From assembly GCA_965219455.1 (NCBI GenBank), contig OZ244744.1, positions 384,001 through 448,000 on the forward strand: a DNA stretch of 64,000 bases, in the 5' to 3' direction. The translations under genes and the position numbers were made by a program. Positions 20,918 to 30,682 of this stretch are shown piece by piece (within the stretch, counting starts at the first letter, position 1; the number at the start of each line of letters is the position of its first letter). The notes beneath the pieces were generated by a model. That model was not told where the DNA came from, ran no database searches, and saw only the letters and a program-made list of their open reading frames with translations. The DNA comes from Candidatus Latescibacterota bacterium. Lineage in GTDB: Bacteria; Latescibacterota; UBA2968; GCA-2709665.

Positions 20918-22288
20918 TCAGTACCTGTTCATTTCGGGATGTCCGACGGTATAGCGGGTGCCTGCCAGCGGCACCTCCGCCATGGCGGATGCCTCCATTG
21001 TGAGCGCGGCAAGATCCTCCGGCTCCAGGGAATGCACATCCGTCTTTCCGCAAGCCCTGGCGAACATCTGACATTCGATGGCCAGGGTATGCAGGAAGTT
21101 GAATACCCGTTCGGCCGCCTCGTCCGGGTCCAGACGGCTTCGCAGCACCGGATCCTGAGTGGCCACGCCCACCGGACACAGTCCGGTGTGGCAGTGATAG
21201 CAGGAACCCGCCGGTACGCCGACCGTGCCCTCGTAATCCGCCTCGGGAATATCCTTGTTGCAATTCAGCGCCACCATCGCCGCCGTGCCGATGGCCACCG
21301 CGTCGGCGCCGAGCGCCAGCGCCTTGGCAAGGTCGGCTCCGTTGCGAATCCCGCCTGCATAGACGAGCGTAATCTCCCCGGTCTTGCCCACGTCGTCCAG
21401 GGCCTTTCTGGCCTGCCTGATGGCCGCAATGCCCGGTACGCCCGTCTCCTCGGTGGCCAGGTGGGGACCCGCGCCCGTTGACCCCTCCATTCCGTCCATA
21501 TAAATGCTGTCGGGGCCCGTCTTCGCCGCCATCCGCACATCGTCGTAAACCCGAGCCGCGCCAAGTTTCAACTGAATGGGAATCTGCCAGTTGGTCGCCT
21601 CGCGAATCTCCTCGATCTTCAACGCCAGATCGTCGGGCCCCAGCCAGTCCGGGTGCCGCGCCGGCGAACGCTGATCGATCCCCGCCGGCAACGAACGCAT
21701 CTCGGCCACCTGGTCGGTCACCTTCTGGCCCATCAGATGTCCGCCAAGCCCTACCTTGCATCCCTGACCGATAAAAAACTCCACGCCGTCGGCGAGACGC
21801 ATATGGTGTGGATTGAACCCGTAGCGTGACTGAATGCACTGGTACAGCCATTTCTCCGAATACCGGCGTTCGTCGGGCAGCATGCCGCCTTCTCCGGAAC
21901 ATGTCGCCGTACCCGCCATCGTGGCCCCTCTCGCCAGCGCCACCTTCGCCTCGTAGGACAGCGCCCCGAAGCTCATCCCCGTTATGTAGACAGGAATATC
22001 CAGCACCAGCGGCCGCCTGGCCATAGGCCCCAGGACCGTCCGGGTTTCACATTTTTCACGGTACCCCTCGATCACGAACCGGGTGAGCGTGCCCGGCAGA
22101 AACGTCAGGTCGTCCCACGATGGAATCTGCTTGAAGAGCGCCATACCGCGCATACGGTACCGACCCAGATTCGCCTTGATGTGTATATCGTCGATCACAT
22201 GGGGCGGAAACATGAAATTCCTGCCCAGAACCTGCGGGTTCCGGTCGGACCTTCCATTGTCGTGGCCATTATCTCTACGCGCTTCCAT
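20918..22288 (-). CDS. mgsC: FMN-binding glutamate synthase family protein (N-methylglutamate synthase subunit C)
   Basis: GMSFGALS, SGEGG, GQG.K.G.GG.L.G.KV, SPARHPD and CxxCxxxxCP.G.ATQD Fe-S motifs; heads the gmaS/tdm cluster. Confidence 0.8.
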   Translation of the reverse strand: MEARRDNGHDNGRSDRNPQVLGRNFMFPPHVIDDIHIKANLGRYRMRGMALFKQIPSWDDLTFLPGTLTRFVIEGYREKCETRTVLGPMARRPLVLDIPVYITGMSFGALSYEAKVALARGATMAGTATCSGEGGMLPDERRYSEKWLYQCIQSRYGFNPHHMRLADGVEFFIGQGCKVGLGGHLMGQKVTDQVAEMRSLPAGIDQRSPARHPDWLGPDDLALKIEEIREATNWQIPIQLKLGAARVYDDVRMAAKTGPDSIYMDGMEGSTGAGPHLATEETGVPGIAAIRQARKALDDVGKTGEITLVYAGGIRNGADLAKALALGADAVAIGTAAMVALNCNKDIPEADYEGTVGVPAGSCYHCHTGLCPVGVATQDPVLRSRLDPDEAAERVFNFLHTLAIECQMFARACGKTDVHSLEPEDLAALTMEASAMAEVPLAGTRYTVGHPEMNRY

Positions 22289-22401
22289 AAGACAATACTC
22301 CCGGCTTCGCATCTGGGGGATGACGGCCTTGTCCCCGTCGATTCGCCGATTACGGGGCGCACTAAAGCGTTTCGTTGTATTTGCGGACGGGAAATTGCTA
22401 G

Positions 22402-22429
22402 ATGATACGGCAAGGGCGCGTCATGTCAA
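22402..22429 (-). promoter_or_regulatory. Putative sigma70 promoter for the methylamine operon
   Basis: Minus strand TTGACA-16 nt-TATCAT, about 115 nt upstream of the mgsC start. Confidence 0.55.
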
Positions 22430-22607
22430 AGAGGGAAACAGTGCGGAGGCAAACGTGGAGGGCACAGGCGTTTCGGGATTCTCATATGCCATGTTTTCGT
22501 TAATGGCCAGCGGGCGAAAGGATGTTGTCTTGCTCTTTGGCAGACCCGTGTCTGATGTATCGTGGGGTATGGTCGTTGTCGACGGCGGCGACGTGAAGCC
22601 CGGCATT

Positions 22608-23339
22608 TCAACTTTCTTTCGATGCGAGATAGAGTCCACGATCTCTCATCAATCCGTGTTTGTCGAATCTTGGCCGGAGTCCCTCATCGGCCAGAATCTC
22701 GAGAAATCGCTCGCTGTCGAACAATGCCAATTTGTGGGTGTCCCGGAAGTACCGTACGCCCTTTTTTGTGGATAGAAGAAAATGGAAGTCGAGAACGGCC
22801 AGGTTTCCGCGACGCCTGCTCACGTTGTGCCTGGAGATTCTGACACCCTCTCCTTCCATGGTGCCACCGTGGATCGATCCCGGCCGAAATGTTTTCTTCG
22901 AGTAAAAGGGCTCTATGACAAGGATGCCACCCGGTTTCAGATGTTTTGCAAAACACGCGATTGCTCTCTTCAGATTCCGGTAGGTTCTTACGTAGGCGAT
23001 TGAGCTGAACAGGCAGACGACGGCGTCGAAGCGTCGCTTCATGTCGAATAAGGTCATGTCGCGGCGAAGGAATGAGACACCAGGAATCTTTTTGCGGGCA
23101 ACCTTCAGCATTTCCGGATTCAGATCGATTCCCGTTACACGATAGTGTTCGCGCAGAAACCGGGTATGTCCCCCGGTTCCGCACGCGACATCCAACAGGG
23201 CGTTGCCTGATGACAACCGATGCGTTTGGATCAATTGATGAACCCGTTCCGCCTCGGCGCGATAGTCCTTCCACTGATACATCACGTCGTAGAACGGCGC
23301 CAGTTCAGCCCACATCTTTTCGGTTTCTTTCGGTGCCAC
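22608..23339 (-). CDS. Class I SAM-dependent methyltransferase (TylM1/DesVI-like)
   Basis: KDY.AEA, LLDVACGTG.H, FDAVVCLFSSIAY and HLKPGG motifs. Confidence 0.88.
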   Translation of the reverse strand: MAPKETEKMWAELAPFYDVMYQWKDYRAEAERVHQLIQTHRLSSGNALLDVACGTGGHTRFLREHYRVTGIDLNPEMLKVARKKIPGVSFLRRDMTLFDMKRRFDAVVCLFSSIAYVRTYRNLKRAIACFAKHLKPGGILVIEPFYSKKTFRPGSIHGGTMEGEGVRISRHNVSRRRGNLAVLDFHFLLSTKKGVRYFRDTHKLALFDSERFLEILADEGLRPRFDKHGLMRDRGLYLASKES

Positions 23340-23380
23340 GTCAGCCCCCCACCTCTACCGAAACCACGCGATGCGGTCGC

Positions 23381-24355
23381 TTACCTAGCCAGGAAATGAT
23401 ACGTGGCGCCCACATGGAACTGGTAATCGGAGGTTAGCTGGCTTTCGTTCACGTTCTGGTAAACGGGAAGCGGCAACCTCGCTTCGAGGCTCAGATTCTC
23501 CATTGCCCGTACGCCCAGCTTCGGCGCAAGATAAAGCCACGTGCCCCCGCGTTTTCGGGCTATCTTTCCATATTGGAAATAGTCGCGAGCCGTGTGAACG
23601 TGGTTCAGGCTGAGACCCGCAATAAACATGTCTCCATGCATATATTCCATTGAAAAGATGCCCTGAAACTCGTTCCCGTATTTGTAGCCATATACATTCT
23701 CGCGGGAAATAATGCGTGTGAAAAGCATACCGGAGAAAAACAGGTTGTCGAAGGCGCGCGACAGACTAACGGAGAAGATGGGGTCCATGCTGCCGGAACC
23801 CACCTGCAGCAAGTCGGCGAACCGCTGGCCATACTCATCGACCGCATGGGTCGACCCGTTCGCGAGCTTGACGCCTGCCGAAAAAAGCAGCCCAGGCAAT
23901 GCTTCCGGCAGAGGCGGAGCAAAGTTCAACATCAGGACAACGTCGCCGAGACCGGCGGCACTCCGGACATACTCGCCGCCCAGATACTGGTTGTCGTACT
24001 GACCCGGAAGAAGAAATTTGTCGTTGGTTATGGAACGAAACGGAAGAACAACGGCAGCTCCGAACCATTCGTTGACACCATAACTTGCGAACACCGACAC
24101 CGTTGAAATGCTGGTCACTTCCTGGTTGACGTTGGGGATCGGCCCTGTACCGAACATCGCATCGCCCAGAAACTCATGCTCGTAGTTCACGCTCAGAACG
24201 AAAAGATCCTGGGTAATCAGACTGCCCTGGAGCATTCTCCCGCCCGGGAGCACGGGACGACGTCAACTCACGCCTGGTTGCGCCGGCACAGATTTGTTTC
24301 CCGGAACCAGGTGGGTAAAAAGGACCAACGCCAAAACCGGTAAAACCCGTTTCAT
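23381..24355 (-). CDS. Putative selenoprotein outer-membrane beta-barrel (MetA-pathway/transporter-like), in-frame TGA at codon 31
   Basis: GAGGAG RBS 8 nt before ATG 24355. Signal peptide MKRVLPVLALVLFTHLVPGNKSVPA, then QPGVS-TGA(24265-24263)-RRPVLPGG, in frame with the 290-aa ORF (GLGDV, QVGSGS.D, Y.YGNE, C-terminal aromatic strand). Confidence 0.7.
24237..24250 (-). promoter_or_regulatory. SECIS-like hairpin
   Basis: CTCCC-GGGC-GGGAG; the loop begins 17 nt after the in-frame TGA. Confidence 0.55.
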
Positions 24356-24397
24356 CGTCCACGCTCCTCAAGCATTGTGGTTGGCGTTCAATAAAAA

Positions 24398-24901
24398 CTA
24401 GCCCTTCAATGCCTTATCCAGCAATTTTCTGAATTTTCGAAAGGAAGCGTACCCGGAAAATAGGACCTCCCCCCGGCCGTCTACGATCACCACGGTGGGT
24501 GTAAGCCGGGTCTCGAAGGCCTCGAACACTCGCCCATCCGTATCGATATAGCTGTGCAGAGATTCTTTCCTGCCGGCAAAATAGGTCTGGATCTCCTCCG
24601 CGCTGTTCTTCCACGCGATGCCGAAGACCTGGACCTTCTCTCCGAATTTCTCCCTTAACTTGAAGACATGCTTCATATCCTTCTTACATGTCGTGCACCA
24701 GGTGGCCCACAGATAAATGAAGGATGTCTTTCCTTCGCAAACCTCCGCCAGACTCAACGTATCACCCTCGAGCGTGACGACCTGCACCAGAGGCAACGGA
24801 TTGGAATTTTCGTCATTTGCGAACCCGATATCGGGGAAACAGAAGATAAGGCCCGCCCCCAGCATAACACCGGTGATCCAGACCCGTTTCGTCCCGCCCA
24901 T
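24398..24901 (-). CDS. TlpA/ResA-type exported thiol-disulfide oxidoreductase
   Basis: AAGGGAG RBS; signal peptide; LWATWCTTC and TPTVVIVD motifs. Confidence 0.85.
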   Translation of the reverse strand: MGGTKRVWITGVMLGAGLIFCFPDIGFANDENSNPLPLVQVVTLEGDTLSLAEVCEGKTSFIYLWATWCTTCKKDMKHVFKLREKFGEKVQVFGIAWKNSAEEIQTYFAGRKESLHSYIDTDGRVFEAFETRLTPTVVIVDGRGEVLFSGYASFRKFRKLLDKALKG

Positions 24902-24966
24902 AATCACTCCCTTAAAGAACGGCATCCATACCCGAAAACGATGTCGCCGGCCGACCGATTGATAGA

Positions 24967-26163
24967 TCACCTTTTGACGATTTCCTTGTACACCACGCGA
25001 ATCCGATGGTTGAACGTATCGGCGATGTACAGATTCTCGTCCTGATCGAGCGCGACCCCATAGGGATTCCTGAGTTTTCCCCATCGGGGATGGTCGCTGT
25101 CGCCCTTGAAACCCGGCTCACCACACCGGCCGGCCAGGGTGGTAATGATACCGCCGGTATCCACCTTGCGGATGCAATGGTTACCGGTATCGGCAATGAA
25201 CAGGTTTCCCTCCGCATCGACGACCACGTCGCTGGGGCGCGAAAGGTTGGCCTCGGTCGCCGGTCCGCCATCTCCCGAATACGTTCCGGCAGTCGGGCCG
25301 ATACTGCCGCCGCCGGCCACCGTGCTGACCCTGCCGTTGGTGTCCACCATGCGGATGCGATTGTTGAACGTATCTGCGATATAGAGGTTGCCCCGGATAT
25401 CCAGGGCAATCCGGCCGGCGGGCTGCGCCGCGTCTCCCGTCGGCGCATAGAGGTCGGCCAGAATGGCAGGGCCACCGTCGCCGGCAAGTCCTTCCCGTCC
25501 GGTTCCCGCAATCGTCGAGATCAAACCGTTCAAATCCACCATACGAATGCGAAGGTTGCCCTGATCCGAGATATACATACGGCCGGATTCGTCGAAGGCC
25601 GTGGAACTCGGAAGATTCAACGAGGCCTCGAGAGCGGGGCCGCCGTCGCCCCCGAAACCGCGTTCGCCCCGGCCGGCGATGGGTTCGACGCGGCCCGTGG
25701 TGAAATCATACCTCAGGATCCTGGAATTCTGCCAGGCCGAAAGGATCAGCCGTCCCTGAGGATCGAATGAAATATGGGTCGGGTGGTCGATGCCCACCCG
25801 CAGCGCCGGACCCGCAGGCGCATCGCCCGGTTCGCCGTTGCCGATAAGAGGACGGACGACTCCGTTGTGGATCTCAAGAACGCGATTGTTGTTCCAATCC
25901 AGAATGTACGTCCGCCCGTCGGGACCGACAGTCATATCCTGGGGAAAATACAGGTGCGTATCCAGAGGACCCAATCCCGTGGCGTTCCTGCCTGCATCTC
26001 CGGTGCCGGCGAGGGTGATCATGATCCCGTAGGGCAACCCCGGGTACTCTTCGTACAGATCATCGTCCACGGTGGGCGGCGTTTTGCCGCAGTCAGCCAC
26101 AGAGAGGAGCAGGCCGAACGCAAGCAGGTACCGCGCCCACACATGTTCGAGGATTCTCTTCAT
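24967..26163 (-). CDS. NHL-repeat (teneurin-like) exported protein, possible lipoprotein
   Basis: Repeated GNLYIADT.N.RIR and GF.GDGGPA..A.L..P units; N-terminal hydrophobic stretch followed by Cys. Confidence 0.85.
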   Translation of the reverse strand: MKRILEHVWARYLLAFGLLLSVADCGKTPPTVDDDLYEEYPGLPYGIMITLAGTGDAGRNATGLGPLDTHLYFPQDMTVGPDGRTYILDWNNNRVLEIHNGVVRPLIGNGEPGDAPAGPALRVGIDHPTHISFDPQGRLILSAWQNSRILRYDFTTGRVEPIAGRGERGFGGDGGPALEASLNLPSSTAFDESGRMYISDQGNLRIRMVDLNGLISTIAGTGREGLAGDGGPAILADLYAPTGDAAQPAGRIALDIRGNLYIADTFNNRIRMVDTNGRVSTVAGGGSIGPTAGTYSGDGGPATEANLSRPSDVVVDAEGNLFIADTGNHCIRKVDTGGIITTLAGRCGEPGFKGDSDHPRWGKLRNPYGVALDQDENLYIADTFNHRIRVVYKEIVKR

Positions 26164-26362
26164 CCGTATTTGTACGACCTCTCCAAGTTGAGCAGAAACG
26201 GCGCCTATCCGAGCCAGGAACGATACCTAACAAAAATAGGTACAATGAAGCACCGATTCAACCCCGAAATTGAACCAGATCTCAAAATGGGGCGCGCCGA
26301 ACGGGAATCTCTGGACCCGGCGATGGTCGGCGCAAGTCGATCGATGATACAACCGCGTGCTT

Positions 26363-27247
26363 TTATACGCCCGAAAACGCCTGATATTCTGCCAGTGGCT
26401 GGCTCATCCGGTCGTCGACCTCCGTTAACGCAAGGCGCATGCGAACCGTGCGACGACTGCCGGGTACGAGGTCGTCGCCGAAGAGAGAAAAATCAAATGC
26501 GCTGTAATCCGTCATGCGATCGGCTTCGTCCGCAACGTGGTAACGGGTACTGATGGCATAGCAGTCCTCTTCCGTAGACATCAACACGACCCCCAGCCGA
26601 TTCCCGGGGGCCGTCAGGAAGGAAAACGGATACCCGTAATACCTCACCGGGCACATCTGGACAGTGGGCGAGTTGCTCTCACTACGATTCCAACGTCCGT
26701 CTACGCAGCGCCTCGCGGCATGCGGGTCCCGTGGAAACACAATGACGGTTCCTCGAAAGACGTCGTTCACCATGGGAACGACCCGTTCGGGGTCCACGCT
26801 CGCGCGGCCGTACCGGCTTCCGTGGAGATAGATGTGGGGTCGTAACGCCTTGTCGAAATAGTTGGAAAGGAAGAGCTCATATCCCGCATAGGTCCCGTCA
26901 CACCTCACCGTCACCGTCAGGTCGATGTGATTCGGCTCGCCCACCTCGTAGCGGGCGGTCAACGCGCCCTGATGGGTTTCAGTGGCGGCCCAATGCACCT
27001 CAACGGCGTTGTCCCGGGCTTCGACGGTGCGGTCCATCAGGCGCGGTTGGTCCAGACCCTGATGAACGGCAAATAGCCGAAACAGGTTCAATGCCGAATA
27101 TTTCGGATGGATCACCTGTCTCCCTGTGTTCCTTTCCGTTAGTGTCCAGACCCCGTGATAGTCTCCCGATGCCCGAATTTCGCCGGTCATGGCTTCCGTC
27201 TCGAATTGATATGTATCGGTGCCGGCATCGTATACCAGTTCGGCCAT
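26363..27247 (-). CDS. Hypothetical protein
   Basis: GGAGAG RBS before MAELVYD; 294 aa; directly downstream of the ceramidase-like gene. Confidence 0.7.
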   Translation of the reverse strand: MAELVYDAGTDTYQFETEAMTGEIRASGDYHGVWTLTERNTGRQVIHPKYSALNLFRLFAVHQGLDQPRLMDRTVEARDNAVEVHWAATETHQGALTARYEVGEPNHIDLTVTVRCDGTYAGYELFLSNYFDKALRPHIYLHGSRYGRASVDPERVVPMVNDVFRGTVIVFPRDPHAARRCVDGRWNRSESNSPTVQMCPVRYYGYPFSFLTAPGNRLGVVLMSTEEDCYAISTRYHVADEADRMTDYSAFDFSLFGDDLVPGSRRTVRMRLALTEVDDRMSQPLAEYQAFSGV

Positions 27248-27261
27248 GTCGATCTCTCCGT

Positions 27262-28719
27262 TTAAGACTGACGTGCAACCACGAGTTCCTCGATTCGTTC
27301 CGCAATCGCGTCTGTCAGGGTCTCCAGACAGCCCGGGGCCAGGCTCGACGGCTCCTCCTGGTAAAGGCCCTTGCCGTACGCGTCTTTCCGCAACAGATAA
27401 GCGACCTGTAAATTGCCCGAAAGTGGAGAAACCAGAATCACGAACCCGGGAAATCGCCGGCGCAACTCGACCTGCAGAAAGCTGTACGGTTCCCCGCCGC
27501 AGGTCACCCAGATCGCGTCTCCCATTCGATAGACGGAGAATCGATACGGGTATGTCTCGCCCGGCGGCAGGTTCGCGATCCGCGCCAGCCATCGCCTCGC
27601 CCGCTCCGCCCGGGCACCGCACGATCGGGCCTGCGGGGCGTCTCCGGCCGCGTCGGCTTCCCGCTCGGCTTCCGACCACCGTGCCAGATCCGCCAGGAGC
27701 GCTTCACGGTCCGGCTGTTTTTTCATCGGGAGGTCCACGGAATATACGCCGCCGGAAATGACCGAAACGCCGCGCAAACGCCCATCTCCGAATCCCACGT
27801 GCGCCCATGCACCCAGCGTGGCGCCTGAGATCACGGGACCCTGGTATTCGAAATCCGTGCCCGGCGGACCCATGGACATGACCACGGACAGCGCCGCAAA
27901 CCCGAGCTGGCGTCCGTTCTTCTCAGCGACTTCCGGATCTCCCAAAAATCCGTCTCTCGGCCCCAGATCCCCGCATGGCGCCAGGGCGAACGTGCAGGGC
28001 GCCCCGGTTACCCTCTCGACTTCCTCCCGCATCGCACCCACGTAATCCGGGCTGATCAGGGTATTTTTCCAGGCCAGCGTGGTCGGATGGCATCCGTAAT
28101 TCACCACCGTCGCAGTGGTCCTGCCCTCTCCGTCGCTTATCCGTCCCACCAGCAGCGTATCGTCACCCTCACCCTCCGGATTATACCCGCATACGTAGCC
28201 TCCGAAGACTTTATCCCGATAGTCCCTGTCAGCCGCCATGTTGCAATGCCCGCGCGCATAGGTAATCAGCACCTCCCGCATACCCGCCAGCGCCTCCCCG
28301 CAGGCCCGCGCCAGCTTTTTCTCCACGTCCTTCAGAAACGGCTCGATCAGTTCGCCTCCCGGCAATTCGAAACGATCCGGCGCGTACCATCCGGAGGAAT
28401 GGGTGTGGGAGTACGTCACGTCCACCCGATCCTGCCCCACCCCGGCGGCAACGCTGAGCGAATCCACGAGCGCCGCGTGCTGCTGAGCCACCAGGCCGAC
28501 CAGGTCCACGTGCGCCCGAACCAGCCGTATTTCTCCGGGTGCGTCCACCGGCCCGAAAACCAGCACGTCACCCGGAATCGAACGATGAACGCCCGTTGCC
28601 CTGTCGTGCCTGGCCGCGCCCCACATCCGGTGATAAATCCCCACCGGCGGCGTTATATCCACACGGGCGAAACCGAGCCGAACCCTGGAGGTCGGGGCCG
28701 GCACTTTTCTTCGAACCAT
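27262..28719 (-). CDS. Neutral/alkaline ceramidase-like amidohydrolase
   Basis: G.ARVDITPP.G, SHTHS, NYGCHPT, ISPDYVG and CGD motifs. Confidence 0.75.
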   Translation of the reverse strand: MVRRKVPAPTSRVRLGFARVDITPPVGIYHRMWGAARHDRATGVHRSIPGDVLVFGPVDAPGEIRLVRAHVDLVGLVAQQHAALVDSLSVAAGVGQDRVDVTYSHTHSSGWYAPDRFELPGGELIEPFLKDVEKKLARACGEALAGMREVLITYARGHCNMAADRDYRDKVFGGYVCGYNPEGEGDDTLLVGRISDGEGRTTATVVNYGCHPTTLAWKNTLISPDYVGAMREEVERVTGAPCTFALAPCGDLGPRDGFLGDPEVAEKNGRQLGFAALSVVMSMGPPGTDFEYQGPVISGATLGAWAHVGFGDGRLRGVSVISGGVYSVDLPMKKQPDREALLADLARWSEAEREADAAGDAPQARSCGARAERARRWLARIANLPPGETYPYRFSVYRMGDAIWVTCGGEPYSFLQVELRRRFPGFVILVSPLSGNLQVAYLLRKDAYGKGLYQEEPSSLAPGCLETLTDAIAERIEELVVARQS

Positions 28720-28813
28720 ACTGACCCTCTCTGTGTTATCAATGATGGATGCAGACGTATATCGATCTGTGCACGCGCCAGCTACCCTCTCCCACCGTCG
28801 CCGTTCCCGGCCA

Positions 28814-29536
28814 CTATCGCAACTGATACGCGATCGCGTAGGCCGTCTTGTGCGCGCCCGAACGGTTTACCTCCGACCGATGCCACGTGTAATTCGAGAA
28901 AAACGCGGCGTCCCCCGGCTGCATCGACAACACGACTTCCCTGGATAGGTCCAATCCCTCTGTCGGAATGCGCCAGCGGGTGAACGGTTCGGCCGTCCGG
29001 GCGGCATAATAATTGGGCTCATCGTAATAACGCTCGTGGGTTGTCAGGGTCCAATCCCTGTGAGTCCCGGGCAGAATACCCAGCGCGCTGGCGTCGACTC
29101 CTACTTCATCCAGCGCGATCCAGGCATTGCAACCCTGCCTCGGCTCGATCTTCCAGTAGTAGGAATCCTGGTGATAGAACGACTGGCCGTCGATTGCCCG
29201 GTTCTTGATTAACGCCTGATCCGTAAAACGCTTCACCTGACCGCCCAGAAGCCGGGACATCGCCCCCTGCAAATTGACGTGGTCCGCAACCTGCCGGAAG
29301 ACGGCCTCCTGTCTGGCGGGTCTCTGGACGCCGATCGGCACGAACTCGTCCCTCGTGTTGCGGAACTTCACGGGATCCAATATCTGAAAATGCAGATCCG
29401 GCCAGTCGTGCTCTCCCTCCAGTAATTCCAAAAGCCGCTTCCGCACCGCGGCCGCCTCAGCTGCCGAAATCAGCCCCTGTACGGTGGTATATCCCTCTTC
29501 CTCGTACTGCCGCAATTTCGACTCGTCCAGTTCCAT
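28814..29536 (-). CDS. Phytanoyl-CoA dioxygenase (PhyH) family protein
   Basis: Y.EEGY, HQD, WIALD, PGTH, PGDA.FF and WHRS..N (HxD...H facial triad). Confidence 0.88.
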   Translation of the reverse strand: MELDESKLRQYEEEGYTTVQGLISAAEAAAVRKRLLELLEGEHDWPDLHFQILDPVKFRNTRDEFVPIGVQRPARQEAVFRQVADHVNLQGAMSRLLGGQVKRFTDQALIKNRAIDGQSFYHQDSYYWKIEPRQGCNAWIALDEVGVDASALGILPGTHRDWTLTTHERYYDEPNYYAARTAEPFTRWRIPTEGLDLSREVVLSMQPGDAAFFSNYTWHRSEVNRSGAHKTAYAIAYQLR

Positions 29537-29625
29537 GTGACGTTCTCCTGATCACCTGCGTTTATCATAACGCTATAGCGGATATGGTGTCGCCGCGTGC
29601 AGGGCCCACGTCGAATAATCCAGAA

Positions 29626-30627
29626 TCATCCCTCACTCTCGACCCTTCCCACCGCGTATCCCATCCCCGTTGCACCGAACCCGTTTCCGGTATACCAGCA
29701 CCTGTATTCGTCGCCGCATTTAACGACACTCACGTAACACCGTTGCTTGTCGTCGAACGCGCCCGGCGCGCCCACGCCCAACTCCCCGTCGGACCCGCTT
29801 TCGCACCAGCGCCATTCCTGTCCGTCGGGTCCGACCAGACTCCTTATCCGATAGGCCGTACCAAACGTGTTCACCCACATCCTGTAACCGTCAGGTTCCC
29901 GCAAGACGAAGGGCTTTGAACAGATGTACTCGTAGGGTTCGGTGTCGAAACCCCTTGGACTGACCATCAGACCATTCAGCGGCTTGGCCCACGTCAACCC
30001 GTCTGCCGAAACCGCGTAACCGACCCCTATGCGGGGTATCACATCACCGTGGCCCGTCCTGGCGCCCTCGGGCCGGGCGAAATAGGCCCCGATAGCCGTA
30101 TAATACATATGGTACCGATCGCCGTCGTGCAAGACAAATACGCTTCCGGTTCCCTCTCGGTCCCAGTCCCGGTCCATCAGCAAAATCGGTTCTTTTTGCA
30201 GGTAATCAAAACGGTATCCGCCGTCTGCGCTGAACGCCACGCCCGTGGTGTTGGGCAGTTTGCCGTCCGCCCTGGGTTTCCCCCACCCGCAGAAATACAG
30301 GAGCCATGGGCCGTCTTCCCTGGGAACCACGAACGGGAACCCCGGCCCCTGATCGTTATACGCCGTGCCGGGCTGCCGGTCCAGCACGGAGCCCAGCGGC
30401 CGCCAGTCGTTCGGCGCATCAATATGGCTCTCGGCCAGCAGATTGTGATGGTACCCATCCGTTCCGGTTCCCCAGTAATACATCCGGTATCGATCTCCGA
30501 CCTGGACAACATGCGCGGCGCCGGCGCGCCGGCTATCCATATCTGCGTGCAGCTGACCCGGCGCGACCACCGGATTGTCGCCGCTGAACCTCCAGACTAT
30601 CCGTCTGGAAAGCGGGTTCCGTTCCAT
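29626..30627 (-). CDS. Five-bladed beta-propeller glycoside hydrolase-like protein (GH32/43/130-like)
   Basis: Repeated Y.MYY, A.S.DG..W and P.V motifs; ends YTGNGFG.TG.GYA. Confidence 0.65.
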   Translation of the reverse strand: MERNPLSRRIVWRFSGDNPVVAPGQLHADMDSRRAGAAHVVQVGDRYRMYYWGTGTDGYHHNLLAESHIDAPNDWRPLGSVLDRQPGTAYNDQGPGFPFVVPREDGPWLLYFCGWGKPRADGKLPNTTGVAFSADGGYRFDYLQKEPILLMDRDWDREGTGSVFVLHDGDRYHMYYTAIGAYFARPEGARTGHGDVIPRIGVGYAVSADGLTWAKPLNGLMVSPRGFDTEPYEYICSKPFVLREPDGYRMWVNTFGTAYRIRSLVGPDGQEWRWCESGSDGELGVGAPGAFDDKQRCYVSVVKCGDEYRCWYTGNGFGATGMGYAVGRVESEG

Positions 30628-30682
30628 TAATCACCTCCACGGGGAAAGATGCGGGAGTAGCGCGATGTGGGTCTGAAGCCCG

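Noticed and set aside
24902-25084. Long N-terminal extensions in the ORF track (TlpA to 25084; also gmaS to 12552, miaB to 56370, 26363 ORF to 27679, deacylase to 32410)
   Set aside because: They overlap upstream genes; downstream starts fit family homology and mostly have an RBS.
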